Shown: piece by piece, positions 1-11,664 of the stretch
Position numbering within the stretch: position 1 is the first letter of the stretch
Layout of the letters: every line of letters begins with the position of its first letter
NCBI RefSeq assembly: GCF_009914755.1
Contig: NC_060936.1
Direction: 5' to 3' (one strand)
DNA from: the human T2T-CHM13v2.0 reference genome, Homo sapiens
DNA: 64,000 nucleotides
Program-made: the position numbers and the translations under genes
The notes under the pieces: model-generated
Databases searched by the model: none
Told to the model about the DNA's origin: nothing
Seen by the model: the letters and a program-made list of their open reading frames with translations, nothing else

Positions 1-894
1 AAAGTGCAAAGCTAACTTGATTCATTTTTTAGAAAATATCTTCCAAAAATTCAAATCTGAATAACCATAGTTGATCAACCATTTGTTCTTTTAAGTACAA
101 ATGATCTTTCTTGGGTGGAAAGAGAGCCCTTAGTTCAGCTTTTAACTCAATCACATAAGTGCTTTTCTTTCAGGCAGCCCTGTTACTCTGGTATGCACTA
201 ATACTTCCAATTTCATCACACAAAATTGAAAAAGCACGTACTTAAGGGTAAATTTTAATACAAATAAAATTATTATGTTTCAATCAGGGATATTTTTTAT
301 TGAAGCCACCGTGTGGATACCTGGCAGTGAAGAATGTAATGGCTAGCAATATAGTTTTGTGCCACTACTTTGATTCATGCTAAGGTACAAGCCTATCATT
401 ACTTTTTTTTACTGTCAATGAAAAATTGTACAGTGTCTCAATAGTGCTAAAAAAATAGCTTTGACTCAGTGACTTCTCTAAAAGGGTCTTTGGAACTGCA
501 TAGTTCTGTGAACCACACGTTAAAAACTGCTTTCCTAAGTGTTTCCGAATTTTAGCATAAGTGCGAGACAACATAAATGTAAGAAACTTACAATAATCAT
601 AATTACAATAACTAGGTTAATGCAAAAAACAATTGAAAAGTCATATATTCAAGACAAAATTCAATTAAATAGTAAATATTTTCAGATGAAATGCTATAAC
701 CTGCATGCAAAGTCTTCTAAACCTTAGCCAAGGTTTAGATGGTTTATAGAGTTATACTCAGTTACTGACAGATCTAAAATGAACTTCTTCCTGTGATGAC
801 ATACTGTTTTGGCAATAACAGGAGTCTTGACAATTTTTGAATCTGTATGTCTAACCTGGATACTCCTACTCATATCTAGAGTTACATAGCTTTC

Positions 895-1260
895 TGTAGT
901 TATGAGATATACATATATACACATATATACATATATGTATATACATATATATATACACATATATACATATATGTATATACATATATATATACACATATAT
1001 GTTTTTGTCTACAGTCCCTGGTTTATAACTTTCATATCACTTGTTATAAACTTTTGTTATAATGGGGGATATTTTAGGCCTTGGAACAGTCCTCAGGAAA
1101 CAGAATCTGTCCAATCTTCTTCTGCCCTCCTTTTACCTGCCCCAGTCCTCCCCCACCTTTCTGATTGTGGGGCTTAAGACCCTCACCAAAGAGGGCCTTG
1201 CCCAATACCCTGGGCGCAATAATGCTGATGTTATAAAGCTTCCATAAAACTCCAACAGGA
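895..1260 (+). mobile_element. ERV-class LTR fragment (LTR47/MER21-like) containing an expanded TA/CA microsatellite
   Basis: gtttttgtctacagtccctggtttataact...ttttgttataat...ggcct...cctcaggaaacagaatct...ccccacctttctgattgtggg resembles an LTR 5' end from memory; subfamily uncertain. Confidence 0.45.
907..1001. repeat. (TA/CA/TG) compound microsatellite with a 36-bp higher-order unit
   Basis: atatacatatatgtatatacatatatatatacacat at 925-960 and again at 961-996. Confidence 0.95.
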
Positions 1261-2012
1261 CTTTTATTTATTTCTCTCAAAAGTTTTACCTAAGAATATA
1301 TCCTGTGTATTGGATTCTGCTATATCTATCAGGAATCCTAAGCACACTGATGGGTAACTAGAAAGATAAATGATAAGAAAATTCACAGGGCTCAAATACT
1401 AAGAAAATAGAGAGTACATGTGATTCATACACCATGAAGAACAAGAGCTTTCAACTTGGACACATCTTAGTCTGATACTTATTCTGTCACATAATATAGT
1501 AAACCTCTTAGCAATTTAAGCCTTTCTAAGAACTACTTTATTAACTTGTAAAATAGAGCTAATATCTACCAACATAGCTTATTGAATATTAAATAAAATA
1601 TATATACATATGTTTAAAAATAATATATAACTAATACTGATTATGTATTAATTATGTACTAATCCATATTAATTATATGGTATATGTTATGTTACACCAT
1701 GTCATATCATATCATACATTATATCATACTATATATTGAAAACTGCCCATCATATTGTATTTATGAAAAGTATGTAAATACTCAAAAATAATCACAATTT
1801 TATAGTTGAAATATGCATATGAAATCAGCTACAGTTTGAATGTAGGCTTACTACTATAGATTAGCTAACAACAGAACTAACAGTTTCCAGATCAAATAAT
1901 GCAAATTATTAATTAAATGTTCAATTACTGATTGTGATAGAAACCACAGCTGAGTAATTATAAGTATTTGTAACATGTAAATAATTTTCAGCATATTTTT
2001 TGTTTTTAATAC

Positions 2013-2372
2013 TGACATGGTTTGGCTAGGTCCCCATCCAAATCTCATCTTGAATTGTAGTTCCCATAATCCCCACATGTCATGGGGGACCCAGTGGGAG
2101 GTAACTGAATCATGGGGGCAGTTACCTCCATGCTGTTCTTGTGATAGTTAATAAGTCTTATGAGATCTGATGTTTTTATAAAGGGTAGTTCCCCGCACTC
2201 ACTGTCTTGTCTGCAGCTATGTAAGATGTGCCTTTGCTTGTCATTCATCTTCCACCATGATTGTGAGGCCTCCCCAGCCACATGGAACTGTGAGTCCATT
2301 AAATCTCTTTTTCTTTATAAATTACCCAGTCTTGGGTATTTCTTCATAGCAGTATGAAAATGGACTAATACA
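2013..2372 (+). mobile_element. Solo MaLR LTR, THE1 (THE1C-like)
   Basis: TGacatggtttggct...ccaaatctcatcttgaattgtagttccc...ggactaataCA; perfect 5-bp TSD AATAC at 2008-2012 and 2373-2377. Confidence 0.95.
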
Positions 2373-2393
2373 AATACTTTAGTTTATACAATC

Positions 2394-2431
2394 TTTTTGT
2401 TTTTGTTTGGTTTGGTTTTGGTTTTGGTTTT
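2394..2431. repeat. (GTTTT/GGTTTT)n simple repeat
   Basis: tttttgttttgtttggtttggttttggttttggtttt. Confidence 0.8.
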
Positions 2432-2553
2432 AGTGGAAGAGTTAAATAATGGGCAAAGAATGGTTTCTCATATGACATCCTAGAAAAACAAAAGTATAAG
2501 GAAAGAACAGTAGAGTGGTAGAAACAGAGAAGGATAGGGATGTGGTTGACTAC

Positions 2554-3018
2554 AGGGTTAGTCTGTTTTTGTTGCTATAAAATTGCTATAAATTACCCAT
2601 ACCTGAGGTTTGTTCCTATAAATTACCCATACCTGGGTGGGGTTGGGTAATTCATAAAAATGATTAATTGGCTTTTAGTTCTAAAGGCTTCACAGGAAGC
2701 ATTGTGCTGGAACCTGCTCCTGGTGAGGGCTTAAGGAAACTTCTAATCATGGGAGAAGGCAAAGGAGAGCCAACATGTTATATGGCAAGACAGGAAGCAA
2801 GAGAGAGGAAGGAGGAGGTGCCAGTCTCCTTTAAACAACTTGCCCTTGTGCACAAAAATACAGAACAAGAACTCCCTCATTACTGTAAGGATGGTACCAA
2901 ACTGTTCGTAAGGGATTTGCTCCCATGACACAAACGCCTCCCACCAGGACCCATTTCCAACAGAGAGGATCACATTGTAACATGAGATTTGGAGGGGATA
3001 AACATCCAAGACATAACA
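2554..3018 (-). mobile_element. MSTB-like MaLR solo LTR, inserted in an old L1M 3' fragment
   Basis: ttagtctgtttt...cctgctcctggtgagggc...catgagatttggaggggataaacatccaagacataaca; near-TSD actac/gctac; L1M-like flank (ttttggggagtgatggaactgttct) continues to ~3130. Confidence 0.85.
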
Positions 3019-3296
3019 GCTACCAAGAGTCATAGGTGAATTTTGGGGAGTGATGGAACTGTTCTTTAACTTTATTATGGCAGAGGTATCATAACTCTAC
3101 ATATCTGTTACAACTTGCAGAACTGAAAAAAAAATGTGTTCCTTGATTTAAAAATCTAAATTGGGCCTCTGAAACATGAAGCAACAATTTATTGAAATGT
3201 TTTAAAAGTATTCAAAGTTACTGTGTTACGTAAACTGAAAAATTATGACACTCATTCAAGAATAGCCCATTTGGAAGATTAGTATCGTTTGAACAT

Positions 3297-3589
3297 TGTA
3301 TTAGTTTGCTAGGGAAGCAATACGAAGCACCCAGAATGAGTGGTTTAAACAGTAGAAACTTATTATCCTGAATTCTGAAGCTTAGAAGTCTGAGATCAAA
3401 AGATTGGCAGTTTTCTTTTGAGTCCTCCCTCTTTGGCTGTACATAACTGTCTTCTACTTCTATCTACACATCATCTTCTCTCTGTACTTCTCTGTACAGA
3501 GATTTTCTCTCCTTATAAGGACAGTGGTCATATTGGATTCGGGTCTGCACTAAAATCTCATTTTAATTTAATTACTTATTTTAAGACCC
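3297..3589 (-). mobile_element. MLT1 (B/C-like) LTR fragment
   Basis: tgtattagtttgctaggg...tttaaacagtagaaacttatt...agaagtctgagatcaa...tataaggacagtggtcatattggatt. Confidence 0.8.
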
Positions 3590-3940
3590 TGTAAACCAAA
3601 AATAAAATTCTAAGCCCCGATGATATAAATGAAACCCTCCTCTCAGCTAAGGGCATTCAGAAGTTAACCTGTAAAACTAGTTCAGGCTATCATGAGAAGG
3701 AGAAGTCCAACATGCCTCATTACCATTAACACCAACACAGACCTTAGGACTGATAGAACAGATTCTTTGAGTCGGGTAAGAGATACTTACAATCTGTTCT
3801 CTTTAGAGCCTGTTACCTGGAGGCTTCAACTGTATGATAAAACCTTGGTCTCCACAACCCCTTATCACAACCCAGACATTCTAATGATTCCAGGTCTTCA
3901 AATAATAACTCAGCCAATTGCCAATCAGAAAATCTTTGAG
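3590..3940 (+). mobile_element. MER4-group (ERV1) LTR, 5' part
   Basis: begins tgtaaaccaaaaataaaattctaagcccc, then aagggcattc...gttaacctg...aaactagttcaggc; truncated near 3940. Confidence 0.8.
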
Positions 3941-4493
3941 GATCATTGGTTTAAAGTAACTTTTGTTTTGGTCTCAGGTTGTTTTATAAGAATAGGGACA
4001 TATATTTCTCATTGTTTTTAGGAACTGTTGCTCAGACCAAGGAAATAAAACCCAGGACATATTAAGTTAACATTGCGACTCTGATTCTTTATGCAGATTG
4101 CACACAAAGGTGTATATTTGTATTTTCATTCATCTTACATATCTTTTCCTCATAGTCAAATAATTAAAGTAATTTTCAGATACAATAATTTTTCTAAGAA
4201 TGTTTGGCAAGAACTCTGCCAAACAAGTCTATTTAACTACAAATTGTTGCTTTGCTTATCCCTTGATGTAAAACCAATTTCCTTTTGAAGCCCACCAATC
4301 TAGGAACTTTTGCATTTAGGTGAGTGCTAAAGTGATTGTGGTTCTTGCATTGTTGGAATTTGCCATTTGAAAATGGAATACTTTCTTAAATAAATGTCGT
4401 TATGTTATACATCATTTTAATGAGCATTTCTTCCTTTATGTTTTTCTGCTAATGACTTTTTACTTGCTGTTTGTTTTATGTTTATTTTAGACT

Positions 4494-5351
4494 ATGGAAA
4501 TGATGTTAGACAAAAAGCAAATTTGAGCAATTTTCTTATTCGAGTCCAAAATGGGTCATAATGTAGTGGAGACAACTTGCAACATCAACAACGCATTTGG
4601 CCCAGGAACTGCTAATGAATATACAGGTGCAGTGGTGGTTCAAGAAGTTTTGCAAAGGAGACGAGAACCTTGAAGATGAGGAGCATCACGGCCAGCCATC
4701 AGAAGCTAACAATGAATGACCAGCTGAAAGCAATCATTGAAGCGATCTCTTACAACTACACGAGAAGTCGCCAAGGAACTCAATGTCGACCATGGTTATT
4801 TGGCATTTGAAACAAATTGGAAAGATGAGAAAGCTTGATAAGTGGGTGCCTCATGATCTGAGCCAAAATAAAAAAAATCAACCTTTCGAAGTGCTGCCTT
4901 CTCTTATTCTACACAACAACAAACAGTTTCTCAATTGGATTGTGATGTATGACAACAGGTGGATTTTATATGACAACTGCCGATGACCAGCTCAGCAGTT
5001 GGGCTGAGAAGAAGCTCCAAAGCACTTCCCAAAGCCAAATTTGCACAGAAAAAGGTCATGGTTACTGTTGGTGGTCTGCTGCCAGTCTGATCCACTACTG
5101 CTTTCTGAATCATGTCTGGCAAAACCATTACATCTGAGAATTATGCTCAGCAAATTGATGAGATGCACTGAAAACTGCAACATCTGCCGTGTCATTGGTC
5201 AACAAAAAGGACCCAATTCTTCTATGCGATAACGCCTGACTGCACGTGGCACAACCAACACTTCATAAGTTGAATGAATTGGGCTACGAAGTTTTGCCTT
5301 ATCCGCCGTATTCACCCAACATCTTGCCAACCAACTACCACTTTTTTATAT

Positions 5352-5398
<47 letters not shown>

Positions 5399-5695
5399 GA
5401 GACAGTCTCGCTCTGTCACCGAGGCTGGAGTACAGTGGCGCAATCTCGGCTCACTGCAACCTCTGCCTCCTGGGGTTCAAGTGATACTCCTGCCTCAGCC
5501 TCCTGCTGACTACCACTTCTTAAAGTATCTTGACAACTTTTTTGGAGGGAAAATGTTTCCACAACCAGCAAGATGCAGAAAATGCTTTCCAAAAGTTTGT
5601 CAAATCCTGAAGCACAGATTTTTACTACAAGAATAAACAAACTTATTTCTCATTGGCAAAAATGTGTTGATTGTAATTGTTCCCATTTTGATTAA
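4494..5695 (+). pseudogene. Hsmar1 transposase pseudogene
   Basis: starts MEMMLDKKQI then TGA at 4524-4526; WVPHDL motif (ORF 4783-4986); YSPNILPTNYH (degenerate YSPDL motif, ORF 5246-5509); ends ...tttgattaa; frameshifts and an Alu insertion. Confidence 0.92.
5344..5505 (-). mobile_element. 5'-truncated Alu (right-arm 3' ~105 bp plus (TTTA)n tail) inside Hsmar1
   Basis: gagacagtctcgctctgtcacc...cctgcctcagcctcctg; TSD ccaactaccactt (5331-5343) / ctgactaccactt (5506-5518). Confidence 0.92.
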
Positions 5696-6075
5696 TAAAG
5701 ATGTGTTTCAGTCTAGTTACAATGACTTAAAAGTCACCGTCCAAAGCTGCAATTACGTTTGCATCAACCTAGTAGAATAATTATACCATAGACAAGATTA
5801 CAAAGCAAATGAATTATTTCTCTAACTGAATGCAAATTTATTCATGAAGAGAGTAAAGTAACATTTGCACCAGAAAATCATAGCTGAAGCCAGCAATTTT
5901 CCAGAGGGAAATTTGTTAATGAACCTTTAGCTATTCAGAGAATAATCTTTTTCAAAGCTTGATAACATCTATAACCCTCTCCCTAAGACAAAATTTACTA
6001 AGGTTTTTAAAAAATAAAAAAAGGGTTTTTTTTCTATTTTTATGAACATAATATTACTTAAACCATCATCTAAAT

Positions 6076-6281
6076 TAGGATTTCTCCACTGCAGCATATC
6101 ACTGTTTTGGACCAGATAATTCTGATTGTTGAAGGTATAAGGTGCATTTCAAGATGTTTTCCAGCATCTTTGGTCTCTGCTAGGTTCTAATAGCAATTAC
6201 TCAGTCATGACAATCTAAAATATCTCTTGAAATTGCCAAATGTTTCTTGGGAGACAAAATTGCTTCTAATTAAAAAATACT
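6076..6281 (-). mobile_element. MER20 (hAT-Charlie) relic
   Basis: ggatttctcca...ttttggaccagataattct...tgacaatctaaaatatctc...attgccaaatgtttcttgggagacaaaattgc. Confidence 0.75.
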
Positions 6282-7214
6282 AACCTAAATATATGTCTAC
6301 CCTCTTCTGCTCACATTGTACTAAAGGTACTTATTTTCAACCACAGATATGACAGTCAAACATTTTCTGGAAGTCTATGGTATTTCTGGATGCTGCGATG
6401 ATAAAAATGGACTTTAAATGAATTAATACATGTAGTCATTGAAGAAAAGGGGCCTTTGTTAGAGTTTACAGGGAGAAAAATAATATATTTCTTTAATTGG
6501 TAGAAAGAAGATACTTGAGTTAAAGATTTGTCTTCTCTATGCTGACTCAGAAGCTGTGTTAGGACCCATGACTGGATGTTACAGTGAAAAATACTAAAAC
6601 GGAATAGGAGAATTTAAATAATTAGAACTTTGCTAAAATGATGTTTAAATGTTTATTAAAAATTACTTAGGATTACCAAGGATTTAAAAACTAAAAATGA
6701 TTTTTTTTGTTGGGGGACATAATATTACTTAAGTCATCATCTAAATCAGGATTTCTCAAATGTAGCACTATTGCTATTTTGGACAACACACTTAAATTAC
6801 TACTGCGTATTAACTATTGATAATATACCATCTTGAATTACCAGCTCAGGTTATCCATACATTTCAACTATTGTGGTATTTATATTTTGATAATTTGTAA
6901 GAGTCTTTTTTAAAGAAAAGCCATTAACTTTTGCTTGCTATATGTAATACATATGTCACTACTATATTTAATTTTTTCACTTTTTGATTATTTTCAATAT
7001 AGAGCTCTTGTTAATTTTTTTTACTCCAAGCCATTAATATGTTGCTATTATTTATCCATTGCTTTTATGTCTAGTAAGCTCTTTCCCATAATTAGAAAAA
7101 CAAACACCTGAATATTTATTGACTCTGTTTTTAATTTGTTTAGTAACTTTTATATTCTGTCATTATTAAAGTACTTCTAATTCCAGGCTACTGAATCTTC
7201 AAAAACTGGGAAAA

Positions 7215-7445
7215 TAATTTATTTACTGAATGCCTACAGCATGCCTGGGTGGTTTAAAAGTTGCGTCCTATATAACCTTATTTAACATGTCATCACTATT
7301 AACAAGGTATAATTATTCTTAGTTTACAGATGAGGATATTGAAAACCACAAAATGTAATAGTTCTATCAATTCCACACAGTTATATGCAGTGGAGCAGAC
7401 ATTTAGACCAGTTCTGCTTGACCTAAAGCTCATGTTCTTTCAATT
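7215..7445 (-). mobile_element. MIR SINE
   Basis: atttactgaatgcctac...attattcttagtttacagatgaggatattga core. Confidence 0.65.
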
Positions 7446-7461
7446 ACAGCAATACTCTACA

Positions 7462-8135
7462 AGCAATAGGGAGCATCTTAGACTTTTAAGTGGGAAAAAT
7501 GACATGATCAAAGCTGTGCTTTAAGAAAATCTATTTAGCAGAAGCGGACATGGAACATTTTTAAAAAGGGGAGTCTGAATGCTATTGAAATAGCCAAATA
7601 GCCAAGTCAAGGATAATGAAATCCCTGGGTCTGAATGAGTATAGTAACTGGAAACTGAAGAGGAAGAAATAGAAAAAGAGGTATTATGGGAAGATAATTT
7701 ACAGAAAAGGGTAACTGATTCAATGTTGGTGTCAGTAAGCAGAGGTGTTAAAGATTATTAGGAATTTCCTGTTAATTCAAATAGAAAGAACATGTAAGCA
7801 GTTTTTTTTTAATATGAAGTTTTTCTAAGGAAGATTGGGACCTCAAGTTTGGACATCCTGAGGCACTAAATGCAGAGGAAGAGCCTTTGGTGGAAGTTTA
7901 AAACTTAAAATTGCATCCTGGGACATGAAAAACGGGGTTAAAATTTATTGCTAGATGTGGGAGTCATCTGCACTGATTTAATAGAAACCACGAGATTGCC
8001 AAGGGTAAGAGTTGAAATGAGAATCATCATGGGCAGATTCATGAAAAATATTTATATTTAAGTGGTGAGAACAGGAAAAGAATCTAGATACAAAAATAAA
8101 AGGAGTGAGCAAAAAGTAGAAAGGGACACAAAGAA
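7462..8135 (-). mobile_element. L2 LINE fragment
   Basis: gcaatagggagc...ttttaagtggg...tgacatgatc...gtgctttaagaaaatc; tgtgggagtcatctgc...gagattgccaaggg. Confidence 0.55.
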
Positions 8136-8838
8136 AAATATTTGATGTTTGCAACTGATTAGTATTTTATTTTATCTTTCTTTGGCTCTTAACTGTCACC
8201 CGAAGGCTCTGACATCAGAAATGACTCCCACCCCTGATCAAGAGTCTCTCCAACCTCACAGATGCTGGCCTCTTGGCACCTGCCTAGCTCTTGGGCCTGA
8301 CCTTCAGTCCTGCTGGCCTCTTATTATTTCCCTCACCCTAGGTTTGGCCTCTGGAACCTCTCCCTCCTGTGTACCACACCCCACCTGCTGTGGAGCCCAT
8401 TGTGGGGGCAGGGAGAGAGCCCTCCCCTGAGGATCTACTGCCCTCTGGGGCTGTTGAGTTGGGCAGAATCCTGGGCCTCCAGAGGCCTTTGCTCACACAC
8501 ACTCCTTCTCCCTGTTCCTGGCACACTCCCTTCCCCGAGATTACACAATAGTCAGAGTCCTTCTTTCCAGGGGATTGGGCCATGTGTCCTCCACCCATAT
8601 GTCCATCCTCCTCTCCATGTAAGTGCTGTTTGGGCAGGAGTCATCATGCAAGGGTGACGTCAACAACCATGTACCAAGCCACCGCAGCTGCTGCCACTCT
8701 GGAGCCTGTACAGAAGAAACTGAATCTTTTTCATATCCTCATAAATCAATGTGAGTTTTTGATAGAAAACTATGATGATTATTTAAACTTATCATTAGTT
8801 GCAAACAGTAAATATTTTTAAACAGCATAGAAATATAC

Positions 8839-9302
8839 TGTCAGTACCATACCTATATCCCCTCCCACTAATCAGATGGATATATAGCTGACTAAATTCC
8901 AACATCTAGCCCCTGCATTACTTTGCTTGAGAGTTTTCTCTTGTCTCCAGAATCTGCTATGCTTGCTCACCCTATAGGTTAGTAGTGTCAGAGAGTTTCC
9001 CTCCAACCCCCAGCCCTCAGCCACTATTTGATGGAACTTAGTACATAAATACTCCAGCTCCTTTGCACCTTGGATAGGATAACTTTGAAGCACATTGTCT
9101 ACGTTGGCTATGCCAGTACCCTGACATGTTTAACTTTAAGTTACTATCAGAAAGAACTTGCCTAATAACAAAAGCTTTACTGTCTTTTCTTTTATCATTG
9201 CCCTAGTAATGTTTCTTGATATCACTTACAAAATAAACTTCTTGTGCTCTTAAACTCAACACTGCCTCATGGTCTGCTTCTGGGAGAACCCAAATGAAAA
9301 CA
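8839..9302 (+). mobile_element. LTR16-like (ERVL) solo LTR
   Basis: cccagccctcagcca...ataaatactccagctcc...aataaactt...ggtctgcttctgggagaacccaaatgaaaaca terminus. Confidence 0.7.
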
Positions 9303-9639
9303 GAACATGAAGGATGATAAAGGTTATTAGAAACAGAAAAGTAACTGCTGATCTTAAAGACAGATGAAGAACAGATAAATTGAGTGTAAGAAAACCAAGA
9401 ATAAGAGAGTGTTTGGAAATGCCAGGCAATTTGAGGTTATGTTGAGGGAAGCTGAGAGAAGCATTTGAACTTGGTCTGAGTAAAAAATTATCTGCCTTGA
9501 GTAATGTGAAGGGGGATGTTAAGAATCTGGAAAAGAGTAGATGAAGTTTGGAACAGCTGTGGTGTATAACATGGTAAGCTGTCAATCAGGGTTAAAAATA
9601 TTTTATGATAGTGTCAAATAATGAAAAGCATATTTTTCT

Positions 9640-9830
9640 TCAATCAAGCAGACCTGCATAAGAATTCTGGCCTTACCTCACTGTGTGAACATGTGCAAGA
9701 TATTTAACATCTCTGGCCTCATTTTCTACATCTGTGAAATGATAATAAGGTTCAGCAATCAAGGATCGATGGATTAAATGCAGCAGCATGTAGGAGCCTA
9801 GCACATGGTAAATAATTAATAAATTTAAGC
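9640..9830 (+). mobile_element. MIR SINE
   Basis: tgtgtgaacatgtgcaagatatttaacatctctggcctcattttctacatctgtgaaatgataataa. Confidence 0.75.
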
Positions 9831-11309
9831 CGTTACTCCAACTGAGAGAGAAAAGAATCCAGCTGAAATTTGATTGCATGAGTTTAGAGCAGCGATATTC
9901 AGCTTGGTATTGTGTAACTTAAAAAAAAAATGGAATGTTCATCTCTATTACAGAGATCTTGGAATAAGAAACACCTATGTGTTCCAAGTTTTTCCTTTCC
10001 CAGGGGTTCTCATGGACTTACACGTGCTATTTTTGATAACTTACTACATTTGTCTAGGCATGCACTTAAAAGGGTAACAAAAATAAAAGTAACTTCAGTT
10101 TCAGATTTGTGAGTGCTTTACATGGGTATTATTTATCAGACAATGAATAGTATCTGATTATTTTGGTAAATCAGACTTAAGCCTTCCTTCTCAGTTTTAT
10201 TTATAGATTAAAACAATGAACTTAATACTAACTTAAAAAAAATTTCAAGCACACAACATTGTTATGTTGCCAACAGAAGTTACAACCTCAAATGAACTTC
10301 CTTGTTCTTAATACATATTCTAATTTATTTTTAAAATTTTCTTTCTTCAAAGTAGATTGGTCTTTATATACTTTCACATTCTTTTCACTATTAGACTTTA
10401 ATAACATGGTCATTACAGCAAAAAACCCTACCTTACTGTTATTTCTATAGCTCCCAACAATTGAATCCTGGGAATTTTCTGTACTGAAGAATGTTCCATG
10501 TGCATTTTTGAAGAATGTGTACTCTACTATTGTTAGATAGAATGTTCTATAGATGTCTATTAGTTCTAGTAGTTTACAGTTGTCAAGTCTTCTGTTTCCT
10601 TGTGGATCTTTTGTCTAGTTGTTCTATCCACTATTAAAAGTGGAGTATTGAAGCCTCAAGCTATTATTCTTATTTTTTTAAATTTTTCTCTTAAAATCTG
10701 TTAGTTTCTGTTTCATATATTTTGGAATTTTTTCATTATTGTTAGTAACCATTTTTATCTTAAAGTCTACTTTGTCTAATACTAGTATAGCCACTCCAGC
10801 TTTCTTTTAGTTACTGCTTGAAAGGTGTATCTTTTTCCATCCTTTTAAATATACATATACCTTTGAAGTGGGATCTTGTTATTGTTGTTTAATCTATTCT
10901 GTCCAATTTCTGCCTTTTGATTGGAATGTTTAATCCATTTTCCTTTAATGTTACTATTGATAATGAAGGATTTGTATCTGCTATTTTGTTACTTATTTTC
11001 TCTCTGTCTTATTACTTTATGATGTCATTGTTTCTCTATTTTTTATTGCCTACTTTTTGGTGAAATAAGTATTTTTAAGTATACAAATTTAATTCTGCCG
11101 ATATTTCTTTTACCACATTTTTGCATTGTTTTCTTAGTGATTTCCCAAAGAACTATAACTAAAACTGATAACAATTTAGTTTGGACTAATACCAACTACT
11201 TTAAATCATATACAAAAACTTTGCTCCTATATAGTTCCATCGTCTCCTTATATTTCTGTTTTTATTGCCATAAAAATTACATCCTTATACATTATATTTT
11301 CATGTATAC

Positions 11310-11664
11310 TCTTTTAGTTCACTTGGGTGGCTATTAAAAAATACTACAGACCTGGTAGTTCAAAAACAATAGAAATTTATCTCGTATAGTTTTGGAAAGA
11401 CCAAGACCAAAGTTCTGTTAGATTTGATGGCTGGCGAGGGCCTCTTTTTCGGTTCCTAGATGGTGCCTTCTAGCTGTGTCTTCACCTGGTAGAATGGGCA
11501 AGACAGCTTTCTGGGGCCTCTTTTATAAGAACACTAATCCCATTTGGGAGGGCTGACCCTCAAAACTTAATTACCTCCAAATACCCCACTTTCTAAAACC
11601 ATCACATTAGTAATTAAATTTTCACACATGAATTTCAGGGCACACAAACATTCAGACCATAACA
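11310..11664 (-). mobile_element. MLT1A (MLT1A0-like) LTR
   Basis: aacaatagaaatttat...ggtgccttctagctgtgtcttcac...ggggcctcttttataagaacactaatccc...acaaacattcagaccataaca. Confidence 0.85.

Larger units (their letters stand above)
4316..5772 (+). mobile_element. Full-length Hsmar1 mariner DNA transposon (decayed)
   Basis: left TIR ttaggtgagtgctaaagtgattgtggtt and right TIR ...gctgcaattacgtttgcatcaacctag followed by TA; internal sequence matches recalled Hsmar1 consensus. Confidence 0.95.

Noticed and set aside
724-1177. ORFs 724-996 and 902-1177 with YI/HI repeats
   Set aside because: Translations of the TA/CA microsatellite; no coding signature
2269-2281. PRDM9-A hotspot motif in the THE1 LTR
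   Set aside because: Reads CCTCCCCAGCCAC, lacking the T at position 7 of CCNCCNTNNCCNC; the other THE1 LTRs also mismatch
4316-5772. Possible SETMAR gene or active transposase
   Set aside because: No SET-domain exons; stop at codon 11, frameshifts and an Alu insertion; both TIRs present, as in a free Hsmar1 copy
8149-8821. Five overlapping ORFs in the GC-rich island as a coding exon
   Set aside because: Short, overlapping on both strands, no recognisable domain; expected from higher GC content
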